Below are positions 28,423-36,375 of a stretch of 54,028 bases of DNA, one piece after another. The position numbers and the translations under genes are program-made. The notes under the pieces were generated by a model. That model was not told where the DNA came from, did no database searches, and saw only the letters and a list, made by a program, of their open reading frames with translations. The DNA is taken from the IMG/VR virus record IMGVR_UViG_3300021137_000021, positions 1 to 54,028 of that record; one strand, written 5' to 3'. This DNA comes from a virus (lineage: Duplodnaviria > Caudoviricetes). How positions within the stretch are numbered: the stretch's first letter is position 1; the number at the start of each line of letters is the position of its first letter.

Positions 28423-29085
28423 TTACTGGCCGGTAACAGCTGGTGCAGTTCCTGCCTTTGTGTATCCTGTTGCGTATGTTACGTCAAAGCCTTCATGTAC
28501 AAGCTGAATCTCTTCAACCATGAGGGTATTAGCTCCTGCATCCAAGTTGCTATATGACAAGGAAGTAATCCAGGCATTGTAGACCTTGAAACGCATTGAG
28601 GTATGTTGTCCATAAGGTGTTGAAGCTGCGACTGTATCGTCGCTTCCTGCTGAACCTGTTGGGTTAGGATGTGTAAGAACCTGGATATCCAAGTTAACAC
28701 GGAATTGAGAACCTGCTGCGGTTGTCACACCTGGTGTAACAACTGTAAACAAGCGCTTCATCCAATCAGCATTTCCCATCTGTCCCAACATAACACCCTT
28801 AGAAAGAGTGATAGGTGTGAACGAAGATTGTCCAGGAATCTGGTGGACGTTGGTGTTGTATCCGCCTTCACGGTAAGCAATTGACTCTGTCGCTACGCTT
28901 AGACCTGAAAGAGATACGAAGCCCATAGTACCAAATGCATTTGATCCACCTTGAGCAGCACTGGTTCCCCAGTATGTGTCAGGTGTAGCACCATCTGGAG
29001 CTACAGGTGTAAATTGCACAAGGAACTTAAAATTACGGACTGGATCCGTAAGTAAGGTACTTAGAACATTTAGGTTAGTTGCCAT
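28423..29085 (-). CDS. Tail tube protein (T4 gp19-like)
   Basis: DPVRNFKFLV, GF..LSGL, YREGG, IPG...PITLSKG, FKVYNAW, LVHEG. Confidence 0.92.
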   Translation of the reverse strand: MATNLNVLSTLLTDPVRNFKFLVQFTPVAPDGATPDTYWGTSAAQGGSNAFGTMGFVSLSGLSVATESIAYREGGYNTNVHQIPGQSSFTPITLSKGVMLGQMGNADWMKRLFTVVTPGVTTAAGSQFRVNLDIQVLTHPNPTGSAGSDDTVAASTPYGQHTSMRFKVYNAWITSLSYSNLDAGANTLMVEEIQLVHEGFDVTYATGYTKAGTAPAVTGQ

Positions 29086-29099
29086 TTGTCATTATCTCC

Positions 29100-30866
29100 T
29101 TACGCCGTAGCGTTTCCTGTTAGTTGTCCGATCTGAATGACAACGAACTCTGCTGGATATTCTAGTGCGACGCCAACTGTGATATTTACCTTACCGTTTT
29201 GGATATCAGTAAATGAGTTGTTACGTCCGTCACAGATTACGTAGTAAGCCTGAGCGGAAGTATTTCCACGCAAGTTTCCAGTATTCCAATATGAGAATAG
29301 GAAGCTGCTTACTGCTGTATTGATTTGATTCCATAGACGCTCGTCATTGTTCTCAAATAGAGCGAACGATGTTAGATCAGTAAGGCGCTTTTCGATGTAA
29401 ATCAAAGAACGGCGGATATTGATATAACGGTTGTTAGGAGTGTTATCAAGAGTACGAGCACCCATAACTACAATACCTGCGCCAGGTACCTGACGGATAG
29501 TGTTGATTGGGTCTGATGATGTGTTGAGTGTATCAAGCTCAGCATTTGTGAAGTTGTGTTCAGTAGATACTGCAAGAGCAATACGGTTCTGAAGACCTGC
29601 TGGAGCTTTTGCTGGACCACGGTTTGCATCTGTAAATGTGTACTGTCCAACTACTGCAGCACCTGGAGCCTGTAGACGAACTGCTCCTGGGATCTTTGTT
29701 GGATCTGGGATGTTAACCCAAGGCCAGTAAGCAGCTGCAATTCCGCCTGAAGTTGCTGCGGCAAAGATTGCAGATGTTGCTGTGACCTGCTGTTGTGCAG
29801 CAGCGGCATTTGCTAGTCCTGATGGAGTATCAATAACTGCAAAGCAGTCTGTACGAGTAGCTGCATAAGCTACTGCGTCTCCATGGATCTGTGCGGTCAA
29901 TGTAGCTGTAGAAGCATATGGAGCATCAGCTGCATAGATAACCAAGCTTGTAGCAACTGCATCGTATGTTGTCCATCCAGCTGCATAATCTGTACGTGCT
30001 GGGGCGGCTCCGTCAACACCTGAAGTTAGGCTAACGTTTGAGCTAGTAACTCCTGGGAACTTAGCAGAGTTGATTGTTCCAACGCTTACTAGGTTAGATT
30101 GAGCAGCAATAACTGCGCCAATGTAGTTAGAGTCTGTTGAGGACATGCTCAAATCTGAGTAGGATTCAACCAAAGTAGATGATGTGATTCCGTTTACGAT
30201 TGAAGATGCGTAGATGTTTAGACCAAAGCGGTTAGAAACACCTGCTGAAGTTACCTGTACTGCATAGTTATTTCCCCATGAACCTGGGTTAAGAGCAGTC
30301 AAAGTAAAGACGTTTGATGGTGTCAAAGTTACTGTAGCTGTAGCTGAAGCACCTGTTACTGCTGTGCCTGTAGCTGCATTTGTTACAGTGAACTGTGAGC
30401 TTGTAGCTGATGCGATTGTTACACCGCTCAAGTTAAAAGCTGAGGTAGAGAGGCCAGTAATTGTTACTGTCTGACCTGCTGAGAATGTATTGTTAGCTGT
30501 ATATGTGACAGTACCTGTTGCGGCGCTAGCTGCTGTTACTGTAGCTGTAAGTGTTCCTGACAAGCCATCAGTAATAGCTGTTGACGCTGAGGTTGATCCT
30601 GATCCTACTACACGCTTTACATACAAACCACGACCGCCATTAGAAAAATAGTTATAGGCAGCCCAAGTGGTTGGGTAAGAGTCTGATAGTCCACCGAATG
30701 TGTTCTTGAAGTCGTTCCAGGTACTTACGTATGCTGGAGCGGCTGTTGGACCTTGAGCAAGAGCACCAACAAATGCAGCAACTGCTGTTGAAGTATTTGC
30801 AGGTGTAATCGCCTGAGGTAGAGCCACTTCTTGGATATAGACTCCGGGGCGGGCAAATGTTGCCAT
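29100..30866 (-). CDS. Contractile tail sheath protein
   Basis: RPGVYIQE, YFSNGG, YWPWV, KAPAG, GARTL, RYINIRR, FENN, PAEFVVI. Confidence 0.95.
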   Translation of the reverse strand: MATFARPGVYIQEVALPQAITPANTSTAVAAFVGALAQGPTAAPAYVSTWNDFKNTFGGLSDSYPTTWAAYNYFSNGGRGLYVKRVVGSGSTSASTAITDGLSGTLTATVTAASAATGTVTYTANNTFSAGQTVTITGLSTSAFNLSGVTIASATSSQFTVTNAATGTAVTGASATATVTLTPSNVFTLTALNPGSWGNNYAVQVTSAGVSNRFGLNIYASSIVNGITSSTLVESYSDLSMSSTDSNYIGAVIAAQSNLVSVGTINSAKFPGVTSSNVSLTSGVDGAAPARTDYAAGWTTYDAVATSLVIYAADAPYASTATLTAQIHGDAVAYAATRTDCFAVIDTPSGLANAAAAQQQVTATSAIFAAATSGGIAAAYWPWVNIPDPTKIPGAVRLQAPGAAVVGQYTFTDANRGPAKAPAGLQNRIALAVSTEHNFTNAELDTLNTSSDPINTIRQVPGAGIVVMGARTLDNTPNNRYINIRRSLIYIEKRLTDLTSFALFENNDERLWNQINTAVSSFLFSYWNTGNLRGNTSAQAYYVICDGRNNSFTDIQNGKVNITVGVALEYPAEFVVIQIGQLTGNATA

Positions 30867-30910
30867 TCCGGTTACTCCTTAGGGTTAGGTTGTTATCTTA
30901 AATATACGAT

Positions 30911-31516
30911 TTATAGCGGGGCGGTAAAGGATACCGTTTGGTTTGTGAACGTGATTGTAGGATTTTGTGTTACTTCGTACAACTGAACAAGTACATCTTC
31001 AAAGATTTCTGCACTTATCCGGATGTTATAGACGTTACTGAATAGACGCTTTTCGCCCTCAGTAGTATCTCTTTTTGAGAATCCCAACATATCCAAACGG
31101 CGTCTTGTTCCGTCTTGAGGTATGTTGAGATACCCAAATCTAAATGGTAGTCTACCAGAAGAAAGCAGCTGTGCGATGATCTGGCGATCATGGCGAGGCT
31201 GACGAGACCACGTAGTTACTTGATAAAGAAGCTGAACAGGGATAGGGTAGTTAACCACGGTATTAGAGCTGGTAACACCTTCTGGGGTATACATAGTATC
31301 TGTTGGGATAACTACAGCGCCACGGTGTGCACGGTCAACCTCTTCAGAGATTCCTACAAGATCAATAGTGATGTAGGGATAAGACTGCTGACGGATTTCC
31401 TTATCAGGCTGTCCATAGAATACACCTACAGGGCGAGCAGAGTTTCCACCATCCGATACTGTCATGCCAGAGAGCAGGGTCTTTAGGGCAGCTTCTTCAT
31501 TAAGAATGAAAGGCAT
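30911..31516 (-). CDS. Tail terminator / sheath stabiliser-like protein
   Basis: YPYITID, PIPVQLLYQV; immediately upstream of the sheath gene. Confidence 0.6.
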   Translation of the reverse strand: MPFILNEEAALKTLLSGMTVSDGGNSARPVGVFYGQPDKEIRQQSYPYITIDLVGISEEVDRAHRGAVVIPTDTMYTPEGVTSSNTVVNYPIPVQLLYQVTTWSRQPRHDRQIIAQLLSSGRLPFRFGYLNIPQDGTRRRLDMLGFSKRDTTEGEKRLFSNVYNIRISAEIFEDVLVQLYEVTQNPTITFTNQTVSFTAPL

Positions 31517-31785
31517 TACATTCCCCCGATCATAAATGTGCGAAGGGCAGGAGAAGCAGGGGTTTCTTGGGTGCCATACTCAAGAGTCATGATCTGATCT
31601 TCAAGATGCTCAGGGTATGTGATGTGGTGGTTATCACCATCATGTCCCATAGAAAGTTTAGAGACAATGTGCTCAGGCCAGCCATAAGTTGCGGCATGTT
31701 CACGAAGCTTAGAGGTGTAGCCAACTGTGGCTGCCTTCTCCGCACGCTTGATTGCTAGGTTAAATACTGATGAGATACTAGCCAT
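31516..31785 (-). CDS. Hypothetical neck/tail-completion protein
   Basis: LEYGT...P.PALR motif typical of HK97 gp10-like neck proteins. Confidence 0.6.
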   Translation of the reverse strand: MASISSVFNLAIKRAEKAATVGYTSKLREHAATYGWPEHIVSKLSMGHDGDNHHITYPEHLEDQIMTLEYGTQETPASPALRTFMIGGM

Positions 31786-31942
31786 TCTTCTTGAGAACTT
31801 TCGCTAGCAGAAGACCTGTGATCGCACCGAAGACAATTTTCTTATCGGCGGATTTAGCATTAAGGTTTGCTGCTCCACGAATGAACTCAATACGATCGGC
31901 ATCAGTCTCCTGATTTGCCAATCGTTGGGCAAGGTTTATCAT
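31778..31942 (-). CDS. Small hypothetical protein (54 aa, MINLAQRL...)
   Basis: GGAGG RBS before ATG at 31942; hydrophobic C-terminal segment. Confidence 0.65.
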   Translation of the reverse strand: MINLAQRLANQETDADRIEFIRGAANLNAKSADKKIVFGAITGLLLAKVLKKNG

Positions 31943-32014
31943 AGTATCCTCCATAGGAAGGCGCAGGGGGTAAAGCAGCAGGGTTCCAGATTTCTCTGGC
32001 GTCAGGGTAATCAT

Positions 32015-32041
32015 AAATGAAAACCCCCTCGAAAGGGGGTC
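32015..32041 (-). terminator. Rho-independent terminator
   Basis: ACCCCCT-TTCG-AGGGGGT followed by TTTCATTT, just after the last basic mini-gene. Confidence 0.8.
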
Positions 32042-32048
32042 TAAGTCA

Positions 32049-32195
32049 TTACTTCTTTTTAGCTGCCTTCTTCTTGGCTGTCTTTTTCTTAACATCCTTG
32101 GCTAGCTTGGCATCATTCTTTTCATCCTGAGCCTCAAACTTTTTCTTTTGAGCTGGGGTCATACCCTTCTCAAACTTACTGTCCTTATGAGCCAT
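32049..32195 (-). CDS. Lysine-rich mini-protein, 48 aa (not in ORF track)
   Basis: MAHKDSKFEKGMTPAQKKKFEAQDEKNDAKLAKDVKKKTAKKKAAKKK; start abuts the upstream stop. Confidence 0.75.
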   Translation of the reverse strand: MAHKDSKFEKGMTPAQKKKFEAQDEKNDAKLAKDVKKKTAKKKAAKKK

Positions 32196-32291
32196 TTACT
32201 TGCCCTTCTTTGTTGTTGGTTTGCTAGCCTTTTTCTTGCAGGCGCCTTTGCAGTTTGGCTTAGAGCAGCCACATCCACATGCTTTGCACAT
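32196..32291 (-). CDS. Cys/Lys-rich metallothionein-like mini-protein, 31 aa (not in ORF track)
   Basis: MCKACGCGCSKPNCKGACKKKASKPTTKKGK; exactly fills the gap between neighbours; AAGGGA upstream. Confidence 0.7.
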   Translation of the reverse strand: MCKACGCGCSKPNCKGACKKKASKPTTKKGK

Positions 32292-32292
32292 A

Positions 32293-32484
32293 TTACTTTC
32301 CCTTCTTATGAGTCTTATGCCATTGTTGGCCAGCAGCTATTCCGTCTGCCACGGTCTTAATCTTAGCATCTTTTTTGGTCAGGTCCATTGTCGGACCTCC
32401 TCCATTGGGGTGACTCACGATAACATCGCCCTTTTTGTTCTTAACAAACTTGTGGACTTTACCGTCAATCTTTACCTTAGCCAT
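32293..32484 (-). CDS. Lysine-rich mini-protein, 63 aa
   Basis: MAKVKIDGKVHKFVKNKKG...HKTHKKGK; TAATG overlap with the upstream stop. Confidence 0.75.
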   Translation of the reverse strand: MAKVKIDGKVHKFVKNKKGDVIVSHPNGGGPTMDLTKKDAKIKTVADGIAAGQQWHKTHKKGK

Positions 32485-32660
32485 TAGCCCTTAACTTTCT
32501 TAAGTTTAGGGTTAGCCTTCTTAGCGCCTTTAGATGCCCCACGAGAAGATGCGGCTAGGATACGGTCAGCTGCCTCCTGAGAGACGCCTTCCTTCTTAGC
32601 AATCTTAGATGAGGCTTTGTCAAAGCCTGGGTGTTTCTTACTTGCCTTTTTTGCTGCCAT
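32484..32660 (-). CDS. Lys/Ala-rich mini-protein, 58 aa (not in ORF track)
   Basis: MAAKKASKKHPGFDKASSKIAKKEGVSQEAADRILAASSRGASKGAKKANPKLKKVKG. Confidence 0.78.
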   Translation of the reverse strand: MAAKKASKKHPGFDKASSKIAKKEGVSQEAADRILAASSRGASKGAKKANPKLKKVKG

Positions 32661-32778
32661 GTTGTGTTACCTTTTCTGGTAGTTTCTTATCTTTTGGTGT
32701 CTCTTCTTCCCACCTTTTAGCTATATCGGGATGGGTAGCGTACAAGAATTCCCGTTGACGCTGAGATTCAAAAGGCAT
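32638..32778 (-). CDS. Mini-protein, 46 aa (not in ORF track)
   Basis: MPFESQRQREFLYATHPDIAKRWEEETPKDKKLPEKVTQHGSKKGK; 'MPF.S..Q' start resembles small phage proteins. Confidence 0.75.
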   Translation of the reverse strand: MPFESQRQREFLYATHPDIAKRWEEETPKDKKLPEKVTQHGSKKGK

Positions 32779-32780
32779 TA

Positions 32781-32876
32781 TTACTTCTTAACTACAATAG
32801 TAGAGGCTTTCTTTGAAGAAGACGCTGAACTAGAGATGGTAATGTTCTGACCGTTCTTACGAATGCGGATGGTCAT
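32781..32876 (-). CDS. Basic mini-protein, 31 aa (not in ORF track)
   Basis: MTIRIRKNGQNITISSSASSSKKASTIVVKK; ATGA overlap with the upstream gene. Confidence 0.62.
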   Translation of the reverse strand: MTIRIRKNGQNITISSSASSSKKASTIVVKK

Positions 32877-33184
32877 GCTGAAGTGACCTTGAGGATTGCA
32901 ATGTTGGTGCTACCTGTAGAGATTGCGTAAACGTTCTCTTCATTGGTAAGCCCGTCAATTGTTGCCGAGGCACCAGGTGCCAAAGAGATCCCATAAGAAG
33001 AAGAGGTTACGGTTGATCCGCCGACATAGACGGTAGCAGAGCCATCAATGTTTTGGATAGAAAGCGTAGTAAATGTGTAGGTAGGGTATGTCTCGCCTGT
33101 AACAGAGTTTGTGATACTTGCGTCTGTATTTAGCGCAACAGCTGTTGAGCTGTTAAGAGCAACGATTGCGTGAGATAGTGCCAT
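32873..33184 (-). CDS. Small beta-rich virion protein (decoration-like)
   Basis: LSIQN...TVYVGG..V....G..LAPGAS....L....VYAI jelly-roll-like pattern. Confidence 0.6.
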   Translation of the reverse strand: MALSHAIVALNSSTAVALNTDASITNSVTGETYPTYTFTTLSIQNIDGSATVYVGGSTVTSSSYGISLAPGASATIDGLTNEENVYAISTGSTNIAILKVTSA

Positions 33185-33193
33185 TATGTTTCC

Positions 33194-33772
33194 TTAGTAG
33201 GTCGTAGGGTCAAACGCAGAGTAGTTTGCGTAGTGCTGGAACTGTGAGTCATTCACCATTTCTTCTGCGTTTACCTGGTTGCAGGTAACCTGAAGCAATG
33301 TGTACTTGTCCCCAATAATACCTTGAGGGGAGACTCGGATAGGGGTAAAAACTTCATCCCGAAATACGATGCGGTCACGCATGTACTCAATAGGGTTCTT
33401 TTCTACAAGGGAAAGCTCTGGAACATTGTTGGCATTAGCCCCATAGAAATTGAGGTTGTCCTCCACAATGTCCACATTAAGGGTGATTGTGAGCTGGTTG
33501 GTGTTGTAGAAACCACGGTCAGATTGGGTAGTAACACCACGTTCTACGTGGGCATTGACCACAGGAATAATAAGGGGAGTCTTCCACATACGACCTGTGC
33601 CAGTGCTGGCGCCTGTATCGTAGATAGGGTCTACGACAGTATTGACTTGGTCAAAGAGCCACCAAGCCACAGTTGTACCCACAGTGTTAACAAGCTCAGT
33701 CGTAGTTCCAGATACAAAAGAGGAACGTTCGAACTGTATGTCAAACCGGCCTTGTCTATTTTCTCCACGCAT
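33194..33772 (-). CDS. Head closure / neck protein
   Basis: VDPIYD, RDRIVFRDEVF; position before tail-completion genes; TACACT 6 nt before ATG (leaderless-like). Confidence 0.55.
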   Translation of the reverse strand: MRGENRQGRFDIQFERSSFVSGTTTELVNTVGTTVAWWLFDQVNTVVDPIYDTGASTGTGRMWKTPLIIPVVNAHVERGVTTQSDRGFYNTNQLTITLNVDIVEDNLNFYGANANNVPELSLVEKNPIEYMRDRIVFRDEVFTPIRVSPQGIIGDKYTLLQVTCNQVNAEEMVNDSQFQHYANYSAFDPTTY

Positions 33773-33797
33773 GGGGCAAGTGTATCCTAACTAGGTC

Positions 33798-34052
33798 TTA
33801 TTGTTCTTCTGTAAAGCTTACCTTTGAGGTGTCAATCTGCCCCCACTTACCCAAAGGACATTCAGCATTAGGTAGCTTTGTCTTAGCAGCCATAAAGCAC
33901 CCGCACTTTTTACACTGTTGGGTTATCTTAATAAGCTCTGGACAAGCCTTGCAAATCTTCATACGCTCTTCATACTGAAGGCCTGCAACCTTCTCAAGGT
34001 TCTTATTGAATAGATCCCAAGGCCTAGCTGGGCGATCAAATGGATCTGTCAT
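33798..34052 (-). CDS. Small six-Cys metal-binding protein
   Basis: RMKICKAC...QCKKCGCFM..KT....ECPLGKW. Confidence 0.8.
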   Translation of the reverse strand: MTDPFDRPARPWDLFNKNLEKVAGLQYEERMKICKACPELIKITQQCKKCGCFMAAKTKLPNAECPLGKWGQIDTSKVSFTEEQ

Positions 34053-34390
34053 TTAGACTCCTCAGGAGCGATAAACTTTTCATCAACATATGTCCAACCA
34101 ATAGTTGGGCGGGTAGGGTATTCGCTCTCATTAATGAGAACCATCTTAGGCTGTTCTAATAGGATGTCTTTTAGAATGCCGCCGACATTTACTACTTCTT
34201 TTACCTCATTACCTATGATCATAGCAATGTAGGAATGGTTATGCTCATGGTCATGCTCGTGATCATGGTTATGGCCGTTAACGCCAGGCTTATCTTTATT
34301 GCCAAAGGTAACTAGCTTATGACCAATAAACTCTAGTAGACCAGGTGTCTTAGGAGAGTTAAGCTTTTCTTTCTTCTTTTTCTTACTCAT
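34049..34390 (-). CDS. His-rich accessory protein (paralog of 35108..35341)
   Basis: HNHDHEHDHEHNH tract, then IAMIIGNEVKEVVNV...LEQPK...GWTY. Confidence 0.72.
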   Translation of the reverse strand: MSKKKKKEKLNSPKTPGLLEFIGHKLVTFGNKDKPGVNGHNHDHEHDHEHNHSYIAMIIGNEVKEVVNVGGILKDILLEQPKMVLINESEYPTRPTIGWTYVDEKFIAPEESK

Positions 34391-35072
34391 AGATCTTCCT
34401 CACCCAATACTTCTTTTTATATCCGTGGTCATTTGCTCTGACTTTTGCGCCCATGTATAAGCCAAGCTTAGTAAGACTGTAGGCAAAGTTGTGGGTCCAT
34501 GATGCCCGCTTAATAGGAATTACTTGGGCGAAAGGAGTGCCCGCAGGGATAACGCCCTCAAATCCTTCTCTAAGAAAGAAAGGGATGTTCCCGTTAGAAA
34601 AGTACTTATCACTCTCTACAAATGCGGAGAGCGTAGTGAATGGGAGATCATGCCTGTTATATGGGTGGGTGACTATTGAGCTCCATCCACGAGGGGTTTT
34701 CCAACCCCACTTAGAAGACCAGACTAATCCATTTGGTGAATGCCCTGCAGGCCTAGGAATAGTTTCACCTAGAGCCTTAGGGCGTTCCCCGATTAAATCT
34801 TTATAGTGCTCGTTCTCTGTAGCCCAGGTTACGTGCTGCTTATCTCCCTCTAAAGTTACCGTAATATCTACCGGTGTAACTAGCATGTAGCCTGAAATCA
34901 TTACATCTAAGAATGGGATGCATGCTTTCATTGCAGCGTGTTGAACGCCGTTAGCATCTTTAAAGTATGCCTCACCCTTTTTGTACCATTCAGGTACAGC
35001 AGTCTTTGCAGGCTGTGGGTGCCCTAGGGCATACTCCTCAGGAGAATCAGGAACAAATTGTATGGTCTTCAT
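34383..35072 (-). CDS. Hypothetical protein, possibly dUTPase-like beta fold
   Basis: PEWYK, KACIPFLD...GY, WGWKTPRGWS, GVIPAGTPFAQVIP; lacks canonical dUTPase motifs. Confidence 0.6.
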   Translation of the reverse strand: MKTIQFVPDSPEEYALGHPQPAKTAVPEWYKKGEAYFKDANGVQHAAMKACIPFLDVMISGYMLVTPVDITVTLEGDKQHVTWATENEHYKDLIGERPKALGETIPRPAGHSPNGLVWSSKWGWKTPRGWSSIVTHPYNRHDLPFTTLSAFVESDKYFSNGNIPFFLREGFEGVIPAGTPFAQVIPIKRASWTHNFAYSLTKLGLYMGAKVRANDHGYKKKYWVRKIYE

Positions 35073-35107
35073 TTAGTAGTCCTAGTTAGTAGTCGGAAAG
35101 GTAAAGC

Positions 35108-35341
35108 TTATTTAGTTGGAAGACTCCATGTGCCGGCATTTTGGTTATAGACCATGCCTGCAGATACTGTTCCGTCGCATTGGATAAACTTAGGATTAGA
35201 CAAGAACATTGCGGCAGTCTGGCCATCAATATTCATGACTTGCTGTGCTACATCGTCAATGACAATAGCAATGAAATAAGGCTGTACAGGGTTTACGCCA
35301 GAGATAGGTTGTAGAGGCGGTACTGAAGGTAGTGAGCTCAT
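35108..35341 (-). CDS. Small fibre-associated accessory protein
   Basis: IAIVIDDVAQQVMNI...LSNPKF...GMVY; directly downstream of the Cys-rich fibre. Confidence 0.65.
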   Translation of the reverse strand: MSSLPSVPPLQPISGVNPVQPYFIAIVIDDVAQQVMNIDGQTAAMFLSNPKFIQCDGTVSAGMVYNQNAGTWSLPTK

Positions 35342-35355
35342 GAGGTTCCTTAGGG

Positions 35356-36375
35356 CTAGTTGTTCTGGGACTGGTAGTTATCTAGAGTACTACCTTGGTT
35401 GTACTGAGAAGGTGAAAGAAGTATACCAAACTGTGTGGCAGTCTGGGTACTGGAGGCTGTATAGGTAATTGGGCTTCCTATAGGGGTTGTAAGGGAGTCA
35501 GAGTACGGGGTGACCGTAATTGTATTCCCGCCCGATGTAACGACCTTTAAGCTGGCAGCAACGGCTGATATGGCGGTACGTAGTACCGTTGTTACGGCAT
35601 TTGCTACAGACTGATAAACATAGACAAAGGCTGGGTAGCTGACGCTACCTCCCTGGCATGTTGAACAGCCACAGGTATGGGTATATGAGGAAGTACACTG
35701 CGTGTAATAGTAATAGTACGCACAGGAATAAGAGCATGGGGTGTAGGTAGAGCATACCCCATAATGGTTGTAGCAATATGCGACGTAGTATAGGTAAGAA
35801 CCTCCGCCGTATGTAGCGTAATAGTTACATATGGTACCTGTAATACATACGTAATATGAGGTTCCTCCACCCGTACATCCACAGCCAGCACCTACAGGTC
35901 CAACTGTCTGAGATGAAGCACAGGCGCTACATGTTTGACATCCACAGGTGTAGTAGTAGACCGTGTTAACTACCTCTTGGCCAGCTGCTACGCCAAACCA
36001 GTTACCGCTATCGGTAATCCACTGAGCAGCTCCAGTGCCGTTAGTTGTGGCACCAACAGTCTGGATATTGCTAGCGCTACCAGTATCAATAGCGGCAATA
36101 GAGTAGTTAGAGGCAGAGTCATTGGATTGAGCCTGGGATCCATTGGCAAACCAAGTACCTCGGGTAGCACTCCAAGCTTGCCCGCTATCGGCTGTGCCTA
36201 GATTGCCTGAGGTTGTACGGTTAAAGGAGTCAATGACAGAGGCCTTAAACCATTGCTTCCATTGACCGCCAACTTTAATAAAGGCTGAAGTAGCCCCATG
36301 CCATGCTCCGCTTACCTTTACAAGGATACCAATGCTTGTACCCTGTCCGCCATTTACATTAACTTTACCTGGCAT
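35356..36375 (-). CDS. Fibre/adhesin with Cys/Tyr-rich insertion (start MPGKV at 36375)
   Basis: VKVSGAW/IKVGGQWK anchor, DSFNR...DNY lectin-like sandwich interrupted by a ~100-aa segment with 16 Cys. Confidence 0.75.
   Translation of the reverse strand: MPGKVNVNGGQGTSIGILVKVSGAWHGATSAFIKVGGQWKQWFKASVIDSFNRTTSGNLGTADSGQAWSATRGTWFANGSQAQSNDSASNYSIAAIDTGSASNIQTVGATTNGTGAAQWITDSGNWFGVAAGQEVVNTVYYYTCGCQTCSACASSQTVGPVGAGCGCTGGGTSYYVCITGTICNYYATYGGGSYLYYVAYCYNHYGVCSTYTPCSYSCAYYYYYTQCTSSYTHTCGCSTCQGGSVSYPAFVYVYQSVANAVTTVLRTAISAVAASLKVVTSGGNTITVTPYSDSLTTPIGSPITYTASSTQTATQFGILLSPSQYNQGSTLDNYQSQNN

Noticed and set aside
31943-32095. 5' extension of ORF 31778..32095
   Set aside because: It crosses a terminator and overlaps a mini-gene; the ATG at 31942 has a GGAGG RBS.
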